Source of the DNA: a virus | Taxonomy: Duplodnaviria > Caudoviricetes | Reading direction: 5' to 3' (one strand) | Length of the DNA: 49,438 bases | IMG/VR virus record: IMGVR_UViG_3300048693_000179 | Location: 1 to 49,438 of that record | In this document: positions 17,323 to 31,900 of the stretch, piece by piece | Layout: each line of letters starts with the position of its first letter | How positions within the stretch are numbered: position 1 is the stretch's first letter | Program-made: the position numbers and the translations under genes | Notes under the pieces: generated by a model | Told to the model about the DNA's origin: nothing | Seen by the model: only the letters and a program-made list of their open reading frames with translations | The model's database searches: none

Positions 17323-19953
17323 ATGGCTTCATTTACAGATATCATACCGCAATTTAACCCCTATGTCCAGCAGCTTCCTGTGGAAGCTATGGTACAGGTG
17401 GGTATGGAGAAACAGAAGCGCTACGATGAGGGCATCCAAAAGATTCAGTCTCAGATAGATAATATTGCTGGACTAGATGTAGTTCGTGATGTAGATAAAG
17501 CATATCTGCAGTCTAAACTGAACGAACTTGGAAACAACCTGAAGAGTGTAGCCGCTGGTGATTTCTCCAACTTCCAGCTTGTCAACTCTGTAGGAGGCAT
17601 GGCTAACCAGATCATTAAAGATCCAAACATTGTGAACGCCCTGTCTTCTACAAAGGCTTACAGAAAGGGCCTAGAGGACATGGCTGCCCTTAACAAAGAG
17701 GGTAAAGGGTCTATCTCAAATGACTGGGATTTTAAGAGCAGAGCAAGTAAGTGGTTGAATAGCAGCAACTTAGATGAGTCGTTTTCTGGAACATATAACC
17801 CATACACCAACTACAAGAAGAATGCTCTAGAGGTGGTGAAGGGTCTTACAAAGAACAAGAATATCACAGAAGATGCTTTTGACTTTGATAGCAAGGGTAA
17901 CATGGTTATCAAGGATGCCATCCTTCGTACAGAACTAGCTGGCATATCTCCTGAGCAAATTCAACAGGCACTGTTGGTAGGTCTTAGTCCTAATGACTGG
18001 AAACAGATGGAGATTGACGGTAGGTACAACTATGCAAATGTTGATGACCAAGCATTTGCAAACTCTGTAAACACTTCTTACAAGAGTAAGTATGATAGCT
18101 TTGCTGAGCAACGCACCATCCTTGAGAACGCTAAAAGCTCTACATCTTCTGCTGTGGAGAAAGCTGCATTAGATAAGAAGATCAAAGATATTGACAAAAC
18201 TCTTCAGAGCATTACCACTGAATACAACAATGTTTCTAAAACATTCTCACAAGGAGATGTAGAGTCTGCTAAAGCTAGACTGTTCACTTCCAACTTCATG
18301 AATGGATTCTCTAATGCATTCTCGTTTACAGAAACTTCACAGGAGTATAAGACTAATCCTTTTGTTCAGAACGAACAATGGAGACAAACCAAAGAACAAG
18401 ATTGGAAGAAGTTCATTCTTGGTTATAATTTGGATTTAGAAAAACTTGAGGTACAGAAAGGAGAACTTGCTGAGAAAAAAGAAGCAAATCGTATAGCAAG
18501 GCTTGCTACCGAGGGATATGGTGGGCTTTCTAGTCCTGTTGATCCTAGCACACTTCCTAAGCTTGTATTGGATAATGTAGTTGCTCAAACACAAGGATAT
18601 AGAGAAGCTATAGCAAAATCAGATGGTGACTTTATAAAGAGTCAGGGAAAAGACCAAGCTTGGTTAGACCAACAAAAACAGGCTTATCTAAAGTCTCCAA
18701 ATGGAGTGGATGTTTTGGTTAAACAACACTTTGATAAAACAGAAGGGATGAGAAGATTGGCTGATGAGAATCAGACAATGGTTCTTCAAATCAATGCAGA
18801 GGCTGATAGAGTGTATGGGGATGTGTATAAAAAAGTTCCTGCGAATGCTCCAAACATAACATACAACAATGGTGCAGGAACTACGTATGTTTATACACCA
18901 AAAGACTTTGTAGACTTTAACTCAAAGATTAGCAGATACAAAACTACAACCACTACACCAGGAAGTCCAACAACAATGACTGGTGGTACAACAACTACAA
19001 CATTCAATGATCAATTGGCAAAAGCAGAGCTTTCTCCAAAAGATTACACATTATATCAGGTAGAGAAAGAAAAATATTACGGTAAATCTAGTAGTCAAGG
19101 TAATAAGGTTCTATCAGATAACCTCAGTTACTACTTCAAAAATGTAAATACTCCGTATCAAAATGTCATTAATCAAAAGAATGAGTTTGTAGCTAAAGAA
19201 GTGAAAGATAGATTACTTGCTGCACAGGGAGTTCAATATACAATTCCTACAATTAATAAAGCACAGAAAGAAACTCTTGCTAACATGTTTAGTGCAGCTG
19301 TAGGCCTGGCTAAAAAGCCAGGAGGAATTGCTGAATCTCCTTCATTAGACTTGGATATATTGAAGAAAATTTCAGAAAGTGGAGATGCTGAAGGAAGTAT
19401 TACGGTGATAGAAGGTACAGAATTTGCACCAAGGATGTATCAAATTACAGCAAGAGGTAAAGGTATCGGAACCACTGTTTTTAATCTCACCCCTGAACAA
19501 AAAGATTTAGTATTTGGTGATAGATTTGAACCTTCTCAAGCAGTAAGAGCATTCAGGCCTTATCAGAGTATGATGCAGAAGTATAGTGAGATTGATCCTA
19601 AAACTGGTCAACGTAGCCCTTACATGTCTACTAATCCTGTTAAAGGACCTATTACATTCCAGAATTCTTCACTGAATAGTGCTGACTTCCCTAATATAAA
19701 ATCATATGGGGTTACAGGTGCTGTTGTCACTCAAGATGGTGGAACCACTTACTCCCTAAGACTTAACTTCTACGATCCTATTACAGGAAAGTATATTGAT
19801 GATGTTGGCTATCCTAGAATACTAAATGAGGAAGAAGTGGCTGCTGCAATGGTGCAGATTACAGACGCACATGTCTACGAATTGTTGAATGATAGAAAAG
19901 CTACTAGAAATGATTTGCAAATATTGCAAAGGGCTTCTAAAAAACCGTTATAA
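17323..19953 (+). CDS. Cargo/ejection protein 2-like
   Basis: 876-aa helical protein starting FNPYVQQLPVEAM...KQKRYD; immediately upstream of, and translationally coupled to, the virion RNAP. Confidence 0.6.
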   Translation: MASFTDIIPQFNPYVQQLPVEAMVQVGMEKQKRYDEGIQKIQSQIDNIAGLDVVRDVDKAYLQSKLNELGNNLKSVAAGDFSNFQLVNSVGGMANQIIKDPNIVNALSSTKAYRKGLEDMAALNKEGKGSISNDWDFKSRASKWLNSSNLDESFSGTYNPYTNYKKNALEVVKGLTKNKNITEDAFDFDSKGNMVIKDAILRTELAGISPEQIQQALLVGLSPNDWKQMEIDGRYNYANVDDQAFANSVNTSYKSKYDSFAEQRTILENAKSSTSSAVEKAALDKKIKDIDKTLQSITTEYNNVSKTFSQGDVESAKARLFTSNFMNGFSNAFSFTETSQEYKTNPFVQNEQWRQTKEQDWKKFILGYNLDLEKLEVQKGELAEKKEANRIARLATEGYGGLSSPVDPSTLPKLVLDNVVAQTQGYREAIAKSDGDFIKSQGKDQAWLDQQKQAYLKSPNGVDVLVKQHFDKTEGMRRLADENQTMVLQINAEADRVYGDVYKKVPANAPNITYNNGAGTTYVYTPKDFVDFNSKISRYKTTTTTPGSPTTMTGGTTTTTFNDQLAKAELSPKDYTLYQVEKEKYYGKSSSQGNKVLSDNLSYYFKNVNTPYQNVINQKNEFVAKEVKDRLLAAQGVQYTIPTINKAQKETLANMFSAAVGLAKKPGGIAESPSLDLDILKKISESGDAEGSITVIEGTEFAPRMYQITARGKGIGTTVFNLTPEQKDLVFGDRFEPSQAVRAFRPYQSMMQKYSEIDPKTGQRSPYMSTNPVKGPITFQNSSLNSADFPNIKSYGVTGAVVTQDGGTTYSLRLNFYDPITGKYIDDVGYPRILNEEEVAAAMVQITDAHVYELLNDRKATRNDLQILQRASKKPL

Positions 19954-22900
19954 TGGCAGAAAATCCACAAGGACCACTACTTGATAGAATGGGTTTAGAA
20001 GAGCAGTTTGGTGGGTACACACCTCCTGGCGCTCCAGAACCATTACCTAATATTCCTTTCAGAGGACTTAGAAATCCTATGCCTGGAGGAAGTGGGGATG
20101 AACCCGTGTCTTCTCTTGAAGCTCTTGATGCTTCTATTAGAAAGTCTGTAGGTCAGAAAAGAGGTGGATCTATTCTTCGCCCTCTTAGTCAGATGAGTAA
20201 TCCTAGATATGATTCATTCGTACCTGGTGATTACAATAATGAGGATGCGTATGCTCAAGGACAAAGCTGGACTGAAAAGATGGTGAATGGTGTTGGTAAA
20301 GGACTTGTTCTTACAGGCACTACCTTCTTACAGAGTACCGTAGGGCTTGTTAACGGTGTTGGTAACTGGATAGCTACAGGTAACGCTTCTTCGTTCTACG
20401 ATAATGAAATGAACAGAAGTCTTGATAGACTGAACAAAGAACTTGATGACAACCTACTTCCTAACTATTACACTAATGTTGAGAAGAATGCTGCATGGTA
20501 TTCTCCTGACAATCTCTTTACAGCCAACTTCCTTTGGAATGGTATTGTAAAGAATCTTGGTTTTGCTGCTGGTGCTGCATTATCAGGGGGTGTATACGCT
20601 GCTGGCATTAAAGGACTTAGTGCACTTCCTGGCATATCTCGTCTTGTATCAATAGGTAAACAAGCTGAGGTGTTGGCTGCTACAGAAGCAGGAATGATGT
20701 CTGCTAACAAGGTGGCTGATACATATGGTAAAATAAAATCTCTATCTGATAGATTCCTCACTTCCTACAAGATTCTTAATCCTGGAGGAAGAGCTGTTGT
20801 TGCTGGTCTTGCTACAACTGGTGAGGCTGGATTTGAAGCTCTTCAAAATCTCAATGAGGAAAGAACTAAGCTCATTGAGGAATACATGATTGAGAACAAT
20901 GGTGTATATCCACAAGGCGAAGCTTTAGATGCTATCAACAGGAAGGCTGAACAAACAGGTGATGCATCTTTCTGGGCTAACGTAGGACTTCTTACAGCCA
21001 CCAACTATATTCAGTTCCCCAAAATACTTGGCTCTTCTTTCAAGGCAGAGAAGGGAATGATCAATTCTCTTGCAGCAGAAACAAAAGAGATTATAGAAGA
21101 AGGTGGTAAGTACATTGCAAAGCCTGCAGCAGGCAATAAGATACTCTCCACTCTTAACAAGATTAGACCTTATACATTCTCCACATCTGAAGCATTTGAA
21201 GAAGGTGCTCAGTATGCCATTGGTATAAGTGTAAAAGACTACTATAACAAGAAGAACAATAACGAAGCTACAAGCTTCCTTGACAGTCTTTCAGAAGGAC
21301 TTACACAAACCTTTGATACCGATGAGGGTATGGAAAACATCATCATTGGTGGCTTGTCTGGAGCTATCATGCAGGGTAGGGGAAGATTTGTAGAGGATAG
21401 ACAAAAGACCAAAAATACAGCTGATGCTATCCAGAAGTTTAATCAGTTCAAACTATCAGACTTCACTAAGGACACAATTGACTCTGTCAATCGTGGAACT
21501 GTTCTACAACAGGAAAGAGAAGAACTGTTGAAGAGAGGTGATGTATTGAATAGTAAAGATAAGGAAGCAGACTATGTTATTAACTATCTGTCTCCTCGTA
21601 TCAAGTATGGTAGGTTTGATCTAGTGCAAGCTGACATAAATGACTATAGAGCGTTAGCTAGTACAGATGAAGGTTTTGCTCAGCTTGTGGCTGAGGGCAA
21701 AGCGCTTCCTACAGATACAAAAGAGTCATTCCTTGCACGTGTAGAGAACCTGCAACAAACTGCAGATAATGTTAAATCTCTCTACCAATCTCTTAACTTG
21801 CGTTATGCTGGTCAAGTGGATGAGCAAGGGAAACCTATGTACCCACCTGCTGTAATTGACCAGATGGTATATGCTGCTTCTAAGGTGGCTGACTATGACG
21901 TTCGTATTCCTAAACTTAGTCCTAAACTATCTGCTGCTGGCATCAATGTAGATGAGGTGGTTAAAGATATTGTTGAGGGTAAGGTGGAAAGCTTCAACGC
22001 TGCTGTTGACACCATTGCAAACATGAAAGATCTCACTGATGATCAGAAAGAAGATCTTGGTCAAGCTCTGGAGGATGTATCTGAAATGAGTATTCGTAGA
22101 GACAAGTTCTTGAAAGAATACAATGATATGAAGAAGACTCCTGAGAAATACAAGGAGTATGAGCCTACACCAGAAGATGAGGCTAAGGCGGCTGAAGCAC
22201 CTGGTGCTATTGTAAAGGTGAAGGGCAAGACTGGTGAGAAGAGTCTAATAGTTGGTGAAGAGTATTTTATAGGTAAGTCAGTGGATTATGATAAGGACGG
22301 GCTAGAAGTTCCTGTTCCAATTAGCAGCTTGACAATCCTTGGTGAGAATGAGAATGGCACCATCAAGATTAAGGATAATAAGGGTGAGGTGAGAGATGTG
22401 TCTAAGGAGGTTCTTCTTGACTACAAGATATCTAGGGTGGCGTCTGTTCGTGAGAACAAGATGGCTAACTATTTCTTCAAACACAGAAATGAGATATTCC
22501 AATATAACTTTGGTGAGCAGTATGGTGGAAAGAAACCAGGAAGACTTGAGTATATTGACGACAATCTATTTTTTGTATACAGAGATGACAAAGGAAAGAT
22601 CAGAAGAAAGAAGCTGAAGAAAGAACAGTTTGTTGCTCAAGAAGGATTTACACAACCTCGTATTCAGATGGTTGGTGATATCAGAAATGAGGAACAAAGA
22701 GCTGCTCTTGAAGAAATGACATCTGACGAAGAGCTTGCTAGAGAAAGAGAAACTCTGGCTAAGAACAGAGATGCACGTCTTGAGATTATTACACAACTAG
22801 AGAATGAAACCAGAGAACGCCTCAATGAGGTGAACAGAAAGCTCGACAATAAAAAGAAAGAGCTTGATGGTATTCAAAAGGATCTGAATAAGATAGGTGA

Positions 22901-25900
22901 AGAAGTGAGAGTGGCTGAACCTCGTACAAAAAGAGAGAAAGCCCTTGAAGCTAAATACCCTGAGCTTAGTCGTCAGAAGGCTAAGTTTAGCAAGGTGTTC
23001 TCTACAACCAGCAAAGCCCTGTCTAAGCTCTCTCGCATGAGGGAAGATGTACAGGATGAGATTGGTAAGCTTACAGCTGAGAAGAATGAGCTTGAACTCA
23101 ACCTTTCATATTTTGAAGATTTTGGACAAAATCTTAATGAACTTCCTGAGAATTCTGGTGAATTCTTAGCAGAACTTAAAGAGCAAGTGAAGTGGGTGGA
23201 GATGCTCATCAAAGAAACTGGTGAGAACATTAACGTCCTAGCTAAACTTGGTAAAACCATTGAAGCTGCAATCAAAGACTTTGCTGATCTTCTTAATGAT
23301 TCAATGCAGAAGTTTGATGCAGACTACCCTCAATATATCAAAGACACATTGGCTGAGATACAGGGTGGTAACTTCATCATCAAAAACTTTGGAGATCTGA
23401 AGGAATATCTTGCAGACTATGCTGTTCTACAAGATCTTCAGCAAGAGATTAGTGTAAATGAGAAGAAGCTGCAAGACACTGAGGATCAAGTGAGAAAGCT
23501 TTATGACCAGCTTGAAGAACTAGGAGCTGAGCATAATGCTAAGAAACAACTTCTTGACAGATTCCAATCTGTAGCTGATGCTTATAAAGCTAGAAAGGCT
23601 GAGGAGAACAAGATGTTGGAGAATGACCAACTATTGGCTGAGGCTCTTGGCACAGCTGATACAGATGTTCAAACTGCTCAGTTTAGTAAAGAATATGAAC
23701 CTGCAGCCAAGAAGTCTGATGCTATTATTCCTAGAGCTACATTGGGTGTGGTGAGAGGTAAAGCTCATCAAATCAGAGCCAATCTCTTTGGATTCAACCT
23801 TAACAGGTTTGCTAATAGAAAGAACATCCGTGGTGTATACGTAACCTCTAAGAATGAAGACCAACTTATCCCTGGTCTTACAGACCGTTTAAGAATAGAC
23901 GAAGCTGGTCAAATTGATGAGGACATCAATAAGGATGAGATTATAGCCATGGTGATGGTTGAGGAGGATGCTGATGGAAATGTTAAGATTGTAGGTGTAG
24001 ATGGACAACCTATTCCTGATGGAGTGGATCCTCTAGACTATGCTATTTATCAAGTGTATCCTGATGGTGATCTAAAGTGGGGTGCTGAGTTTGATAACGA
24101 AAGCATGTTCCGTAAAGACACTCCTCAAGAGGTGAAAGACTCTGTCACTGAACAATACAAGAAATGGAGAAGCTCTGTGCTTGAAAACCCAGATCTTACA
24201 CAACGTCATGAGATAGAAGCGTCTTTTGGTAGAGTGGAGAATGTAGTGGATGAGAATGGTAAAACCATCTATGAAACCAGAACATCTGTACAGGATGCCA
24301 ACCTAATCACTACAGATGAGTTGGAAGCTAATCAACTTATTACAATTCCTACACTTCCTACAGAAGATGGTAGGTTTGCGGTGGTAAACCAAGGAACTGT
24401 TACATTCAGAGTTCCTATAGGCACAGTGCTTTTGGAAACTCCTAATGGACTGGTTAAACTTCAGAACAAGAAGAACAGCGTAAAAGAAGCTGAGACTATA
24501 TATAGCGCAGTGTTACAGCTAGCTAAGAATATGCTTAATCCTCAAGTGGGAATTAAGGGCCCTGAGTCTGAGCGTTTGTTTGACTGGTTGAAGTCTGTTG
24601 TATATTGGGGTATTCCTGAAGATCAACAGGGTAATAGAAAACCTGCTGGATATAACAGCATGTTCTTTGAGAAAGATGCTGAGACAGGCAGGTTCATGCT
24701 CTCCATATCTGGTAAGGGTAAGGACTTTGCTTTCACACCTACATCTCTTGAAGAGAACAAAGAGGCAATTGTCCTGATGTTGTCTAACATGTACAATAAT
24801 GTTAAGGCAAAGCTAGCCAGTCAACTCAATGAACCTTACGAAGAAATTCTGTCTATATCTGAGGATGGTGAAATCACCAGCAGAATATGGCAGAACTATC
24901 AATCATATCTGTTATCAAACCAAACTCCTGATGGTAAGGTGAGAAGTGGTGAAGAACTTCCTCTTTCTACAACAGCAAGACCTACAACATCAGATGAGGA
25001 TGTTAACAGAACAAACATCTACTTCTATACAACAGATACAGCTGATGATTTTGTCATCCCTGTAGTTGAGAAGAAGAAGGTGGTTACACCTAAGGTGTTG
25101 ACACCTGGTGCTCCTAAACAAGCAGCTCCAACAGAAGTGGTTACAGCTGCTCCAGCTGCCCCAGTTCCTACACAGACATTTGTATTGGATGGTAAAACAC
25201 CAAATACATTCACCACTCCACAAGGAAAGAAACTTGTATTCATAGCTCCTGCAGATACCACAAAAGAGAATGCTATTACGAAGATTAGCATCTTGAAAGG
25301 TGGAGATCTTGATGAGTTGATGGCTAAAGTGAAGGAAGCTGGTAAAGATCCTGCAACAGTTTTAAAGGGTACAATCTTCAACGCTATTGCTCCTACAATC
25401 AATGAGATGAAAGCCCTAGAGGCCGAACTCACTGTAACCATTCCTGAGGATGTACAAGAAGTGATTGTAGCTGATGCTGAGTCTCAGATGGGTAAGCCTG
25501 TTGACCAGGACATTATTGATGCTGTTAATGAGAAGATTAGTGGCATGGATGATGAAGCATTGCGTGTTGTGGTTGAGAATGAACTCAAGGCATTTGTTCC
25601 TGAGAACTGGAATCAAGTGGAAACTTGGCTCAAGGCTAACTTCCCTAACATCCCCGTATACCGTGTAAAGAACATCATTCAGGCTACTAACGGTAGACAA
25701 GCTTGGGGTATGTTCAAAGATGGTGCAATATACATCTATGAGAATGCTGAGGTGGGTACAGCCTACCATGAGGTGTTCCATGCTGTATGGAGAATGTTCT
25801 CTGACTCTGCAGAACAGAAAGCTATTCTGGATGAAATGAGAGCCAGAGGTGGTAAGTTCTTTGACAGAGCTTCTCTAAGCGATGTTAAGTACTCTGAAGC

Positions 25901-28900
25901 TACAGATGAGCAGCTTGAAGAAAAGCTGGCTGAAGAGTTCAGAGATTATGTACAAGAGAAAAAGATCCCTGCAAAACCTGCAAAGGGTAGACCATATATA
26001 TTGAAGCTGTTCGCTGATATGGTGACAGCTATTAAAGAATTCTTCCTTGGACCTCAGTCAGATTCTAAGGTGGAGAAGATGTTTAGCAAAATTGGTCAGG
26101 GCTACTATAAGTCTCACCTGCCACTAGCAAACAGCTTGTCATATGCCAAACAAGGTATTATTGATATAGAGGATGCATTTGCTGATTCAGATGCTGCTCT
26201 TAGTCTTTTTGGTATTAACGATAAAGAGAGAAGTGATATCATTCAGCATATGACCTATCTGACGCTTCTTGATTTTATCAAGACAGACAGAAGTCTTTTT
26301 GAACTTGATAAGCTCAATAAGAAACAACAATATGCCAAACTTAGATATCAGATATACAGAACAATTGCTCAGAAAGCTCGTGCTGCTCAATCTCTTGTAA
26401 GAGAAGGAAAGAAGACACAAGCTGAGGTGAATCCTTACATACTTAACGTTATTCAGTTGATGCAAAACGTTAAGGACCAATGGGATCTTCTTACAGAAAG
26501 ACATGAGGAATATCTGAAAAGCTATCAGCTTGAGTTTGATGAGAACGACGGTCTTACACTCAATGATGAGAATAAGAGTGGTAGAGAGACATGGCAAGAT
26601 GCTAGTAAGATTGACCACTTTAAGAAAGCTAACGGAGCTGTAAAGCTTCTATTGGCTACCATCCCTCAGGTGGATGACAACGGTAGACTTGTACCTTCTT
26701 CTATTGGTGGAGCACAGCTTCTGCCTGTAAGTAAGACTTACATCAGTATCATGAACAACTTGCACACATCTGCAAGTATAGAAGAGATGGTGAGTAGGCT
26801 TCGTAACATGGCTGAAAGTGATCCCAACTACAGAACATTATACAGAAGAATTACAAAGAAAGACTGGAAAGATGGTGGTGTGGATCTGTCTAAGATAGAC
26901 ACAGAACATGGTTTACAACTCTTGAGTGCTATATGGAATACATTCAAGAAGCAGAATCCTGATGTAAAGAATGTATTCATCCTTGAGAATGGAGACATTG
27001 TAGTGGGTGAAGCTAACTTGTCTACAGCTGCACAACAGCTTAGAAGTGAATATATTAACGCTATAGTGTTCAAGGCTAAAGAAGGTAAAGGGTTCTTCAA
27101 GTATGAAGACAAAGTGTTCAAAGGAGATCCTGCCAAACTAAAAGGTATAAAGTTTGATAGCATTACAGGCATGGTGGATTTCTTGAACCAAATGGGCATT
27201 CCTTTTACAGTGTCTGATGTAAACAAGATGAATCCTGAACAATATAAAATGTTCAAGGAGGCTGTTCTTGGTATTAAGGAAAGCATTGCTAAGACTGAAA
27301 AGATAGCCACCTTCTCTGGAAAAGCTCTTGGTATGAGCGGTAGACTTCTTGAGCTTGGTCTTGTGAAGACAGCTGTTAGCAACCCTGAGTTTAGCAGTAC
27401 ATATTTCAATGTATCTGGTGAGCGTACACAGTCTTATATTGGAACTAACGCAGCTAGTGATTTGTTTGAATTCCTATCTAAGCTTGAAAGATTTAACAAG
27501 GACACTGTAGGTGGTACACGTTATAGCTACCTTCTGACAGATTCATTTGCTAAGGGTTCTAATTTGTTGAGCAGAATGTTCACCACAAACGGAACACGTA
27601 AGGAGAAAACAGAAGACCTATTCAAGATTGGATATGTGAGCGGTGTAGTGGATGAGAGCAAAGGAAAGCGTAAAGAGTCTTCTCGTCTGACATATAAAGA
27701 CAGACTTGTACAAGAACTAAACCTCAACTTGTCAGGCTACTATCTAAATCTAGTTCCTGGGGATGCATCTATTGAATGGATGATCAAGATGGGTAATGCC
27801 ATCTCTACATCTTCTATATCTAGAGGAATGGCTGACATCAATGCTATATTCAAAAGTTATTTCACTTCTGAGCTTGAACTTGTTAGAGAAAACCGTCCTG
27901 TAGCTAAAGGTAGAAAGTCTAATGAGATGCGTTTCTTCAAAGGCATTCTTGGTGATACATTACATTCTGATGTAATATCTGCCAAAGGAACTCCTGAAGA
28001 AGTGTATGCAGCATTTGAAGATAAGATAAATGCAAAGCTTGCAGACTTCATGGAAAAGGATATGATCAAGCTGAAGACAAGTCTGTCTCAGTTTGGCATT
28101 CTGAAGGAAGGAATGTTAGGCTTTGAATTGGAGAACGTAAACATTGCAAAGAACCTTACAGAGAAAGAGCTGAACAAGCAACTCATGGCTCTTACAGCCA
28201 ACTATATGATTGCTAACATTGAGATGCACAAGCTTCTCTATTCTGATCCATATCAGTATGAGGATGAGCTTAAGCGTATCAAGAGCTTCAACTCTCCACG
28301 TCAGGCAATCATTAGCAACTCTCCAAAGATGAACGCTGCTTTCAACAATGTTTGGAACAAAGGTTACAAACCTGGAGATATAGGATTCACTAAGTTCACA
28401 CAAGACTTCTTCCGTTCTGCAACACATGCTGATGTATTAGGAGTGATAAATCTTCCTAATTATACAAACTTTAAAGAGACTGATGGTAGTGGTATCATTA
28501 GCATGAAAGCTAATCGTCAGTTTAGAATTAGAGCTGGTCAGTGGAACAGCAACGAAGAGCGTCAGTATAGATATGACGTAGCTTGGGAGAAGAATGATAA
28601 AGGCTTAGAGATGAGTCCAGAAGAAAGAGCTTTATTTGCTGCTGGTAATCCTGGTGTACAGAGTGCATACACTCCTCTGAAACCAATCGTGTCTGGAAGC
28701 AAGCTTGATAAAAATGGCTCAGCTAGCAAATTCAATAATGTGGTGCTTGATAAGTTCGCACTCTATCCTCTGTCCTATCGTATTGTTAAAGAGATTAATG
28801 ATAGCGCTAATGCTGTTAAGCTCTATGACAAGATGCAGGCAGAAAACATTGATTATGTGGTGTTTACAAGTGGTAGAAAGGTGGGAGCTGAAAGTCCTCA

Positions 28901-31900
28901 TGAAACATACAAGAATGGGGAGTTCAACAATGACCCTTACAAGGGAGTGATTAATGTTCCTTTCTCCATCATGAGCATTCAGTCTGAGGTGCCTTCTAAA
29001 GAAGACAACCTTGTAACTAGAGGTAGCCAGATCACAAAGCTCATTACACTTGATTTCTTAGAAGCTGGAGTGCCAGTGGACTTCTTCCCTGGTCAGCAGT
29101 TCTCTAGCAGATATAAAGCATGGGCTAGACTGAGTGAAGCTGAGAAGCTTGAGAAATCTAAACTGTACAAAGAGATAAAGAACAACCAAGACCTTCTTGA
29201 AGCTCTTATTGAGGAAGGGTATAAAACCACTTTGGATAGACTTGGTATCAAGGAAACTGTTACAAAGGATGGTAAGAAGTATGAGATAACAGACTTCACC
29301 AAGGCTGCTCAAACTCTTCGTGATGAAATCCTGAAGAGAGAGGTGAATGATAACATATCTGATGCACTGGCTGGATTCCTTCAGGGTAAGGTGGTGCTTG
29401 AAGCCACTCCTGCATACCAGCAAGTGAGAAACATCATCTACTCTATAGCTGACAAGCAGTTCATATCTCCAAAGATAAGCGGAGGTTTGAAAGTACAGAT
29501 TCCTTCTACAATGTTGGAAAGTGGTACACGTCAGGTGAAAGATGGCTTATATGAGTCTGACGTTCTTAAGTTCTATGAGAAGGGTGGTGAGCGTGTAGCT
29601 GAGGTGATGCTTGGCAGATGGTTCAATAGCCCTATGTCTGATGATGAACTTCTAGATTGGTTTAACAATACAGAAGAAGGACAGAAACAACTATCCATTT
29701 TGGCTGGTGTTGGATTCCGTATTCCTACACAGAAACAAAACTCTGTTGACAAGATTGTTATCAAAAAGTTCCTTCCTAAGGAGTTTGGTGACAGTGTTGT
29801 TATCCCTGCTGCTTTGGTTCAGAAGGTGGGATCTGACTTTGACATAGATAAACTTTCTGTCTACCTGAAGAATGTATATGTTAAAGACGGTAAGCCTAAA
29901 CTGATTCCATATCTTGGAACTGGTGAAGAGGCTATAAACAAGTTCAGAGAACTCTACGACAAAGGAGAATTCCTTACAGATGAGGAGATGAAAGAGCTTG
30001 ACAGATACATCTCTGAGGAGAAACTTCTCTTACAGGATGCAGCTGAAGAGTCTTCTAGCGGAAAACTAATGAGCTCTATAGTTGGCAAGTTGTTCTCTGA
30101 GGAAGAACTTACACAAGAGTTTACTAGAGGCATCCCCTCTAAAGATCAGATTATCAGGAACTTATACAAGAAGAGCTTGGAGAATGAGTATATCCAGAGC
30201 ATGGAGAATCTCATTACAAGTGATGCTAACTATAAAAACCTCATCAAACCAAACTCTGCAGATCCTCTGAAGGACATTGCTAAGTTTATTGCTGAGAAAA
30301 CTGTAGGTCAGACATTTGATTATACAAATGTGGACAACATGCTTGACAGAACATTCATGTCAAGATTGCGTCATGCATTTGTAACAGGTAAGTATGCAAT
30401 TGGTATTGCTGCTGTTAACCAGACCAATCATTCTCTGAACCAACGTCAACCCATCTATATAGATAAGAATAAGCTTGACAACCTATCTGATGAGGATAAG
30501 TTCTGGCTAGGTAATGCTGATATCAAGTTTGACAAATACAACTTGATTGAGATAGATGGTAAGATGGTGCCCACCCTCTCGATGATTGAGAATAAGGCTG
30601 GAGAGAACATCTCTGACATCATTGGTATGTTTATAGATGGATATGTGGACATCTCCAAGGGTCCATGGATTATGGAACTTGGTGCTACACCAAACGTGGC
30701 TAGTACATGGTTGTTCCTGACTAAGCTGGGTGTGCCTATCAAAACTGTGGCATATTTCATGAACCAGCCCATCATTCGTGACTACCTACGTACAATTGAG
30801 AGTGCTGGTTATTCATGGCTGTTCATTGATCAGTTTGTAGATCAAATGGCTGAGGCGTATGAGCAAGACATGACAGAAGCTGAGTTGAATAATAGATTGG
30901 CTACATTCAAGATTCCTGGAGAAACAGCTCTGAAAGATAATGTAGGTAAACGCATTTCAGATATGAACTCTCAACAGAAGATGGACCAGTTCCTGATGCT
31001 GAAGGAGTTCTTGAAATATGCTAAGATGGCTGAGCACATGTTCCATGTAACACAGGGGTCTAACTATGACACATCTACGTTCAACGATCCTTTCTTGGTG
31101 TTCAAGAAACAAATGCAGCAGATCAAGGCTCAGAACACAATCATTAGTTCTGTAGATACGCTTCTTGCTAATTCTTTTATAGGAAAGCTTGCAAGTAATG
31201 TAAACAGTGTGAGAGATGCATTTGCTCAGATTATTAAGTCTGACAATCCTAAGGTGAGAAATGTAATACAGCAGGTGCTTATGCCTTTTGTAGAAACAAG
31301 TGATAGAGAGTTTGTTAAGCTGGCTCAGAAGGCTGTTAGTGATTTGTTTGACTGGGCTGTACAGACTGACCAGCAGTTGAACGAGATGATTAAGGACATC
31401 CTTATTAATGACGGTGGTGTGGGTAGAGAGTTGACAATGTTTGTAAATGACATTAAGAAAAACCCTAGACATCCTCTGTATAACAATCAGGTGATCAACA
31501 TCATAGAGGGTATTCCTTCTATGAGAGCTGCTGTGGGTGGTCCAAACAATGCTAAGTTGAACATGGGAGAGACTAAGGTGTATGATCAAAACAATGTCAT
31601 ATATGCCTTCCGTGAACTTAGAGACTATCTGAAGGGAGAGAAGAATCCTCTATATGATAGAATCGTAACATTGTCTGTTCTGCAGAGTGGATTGTCCACA
31701 TCCCCAATATCATTCACATCACTTCTTCCTTATGAAGATTTTGAAAATGTGTACAATAAAACCTTGTCTAAGTTGGAAGGAATGTCTAACTTAGAGGACT
31801 TTTATAAGCTGGGTGTGTTCCAGAGAAACAACTGGAATAACGATGATGTAGTTCCTTACCTAAAAGCAGCTCTTATCAAAACTGCAGCAGGTAGAACTTA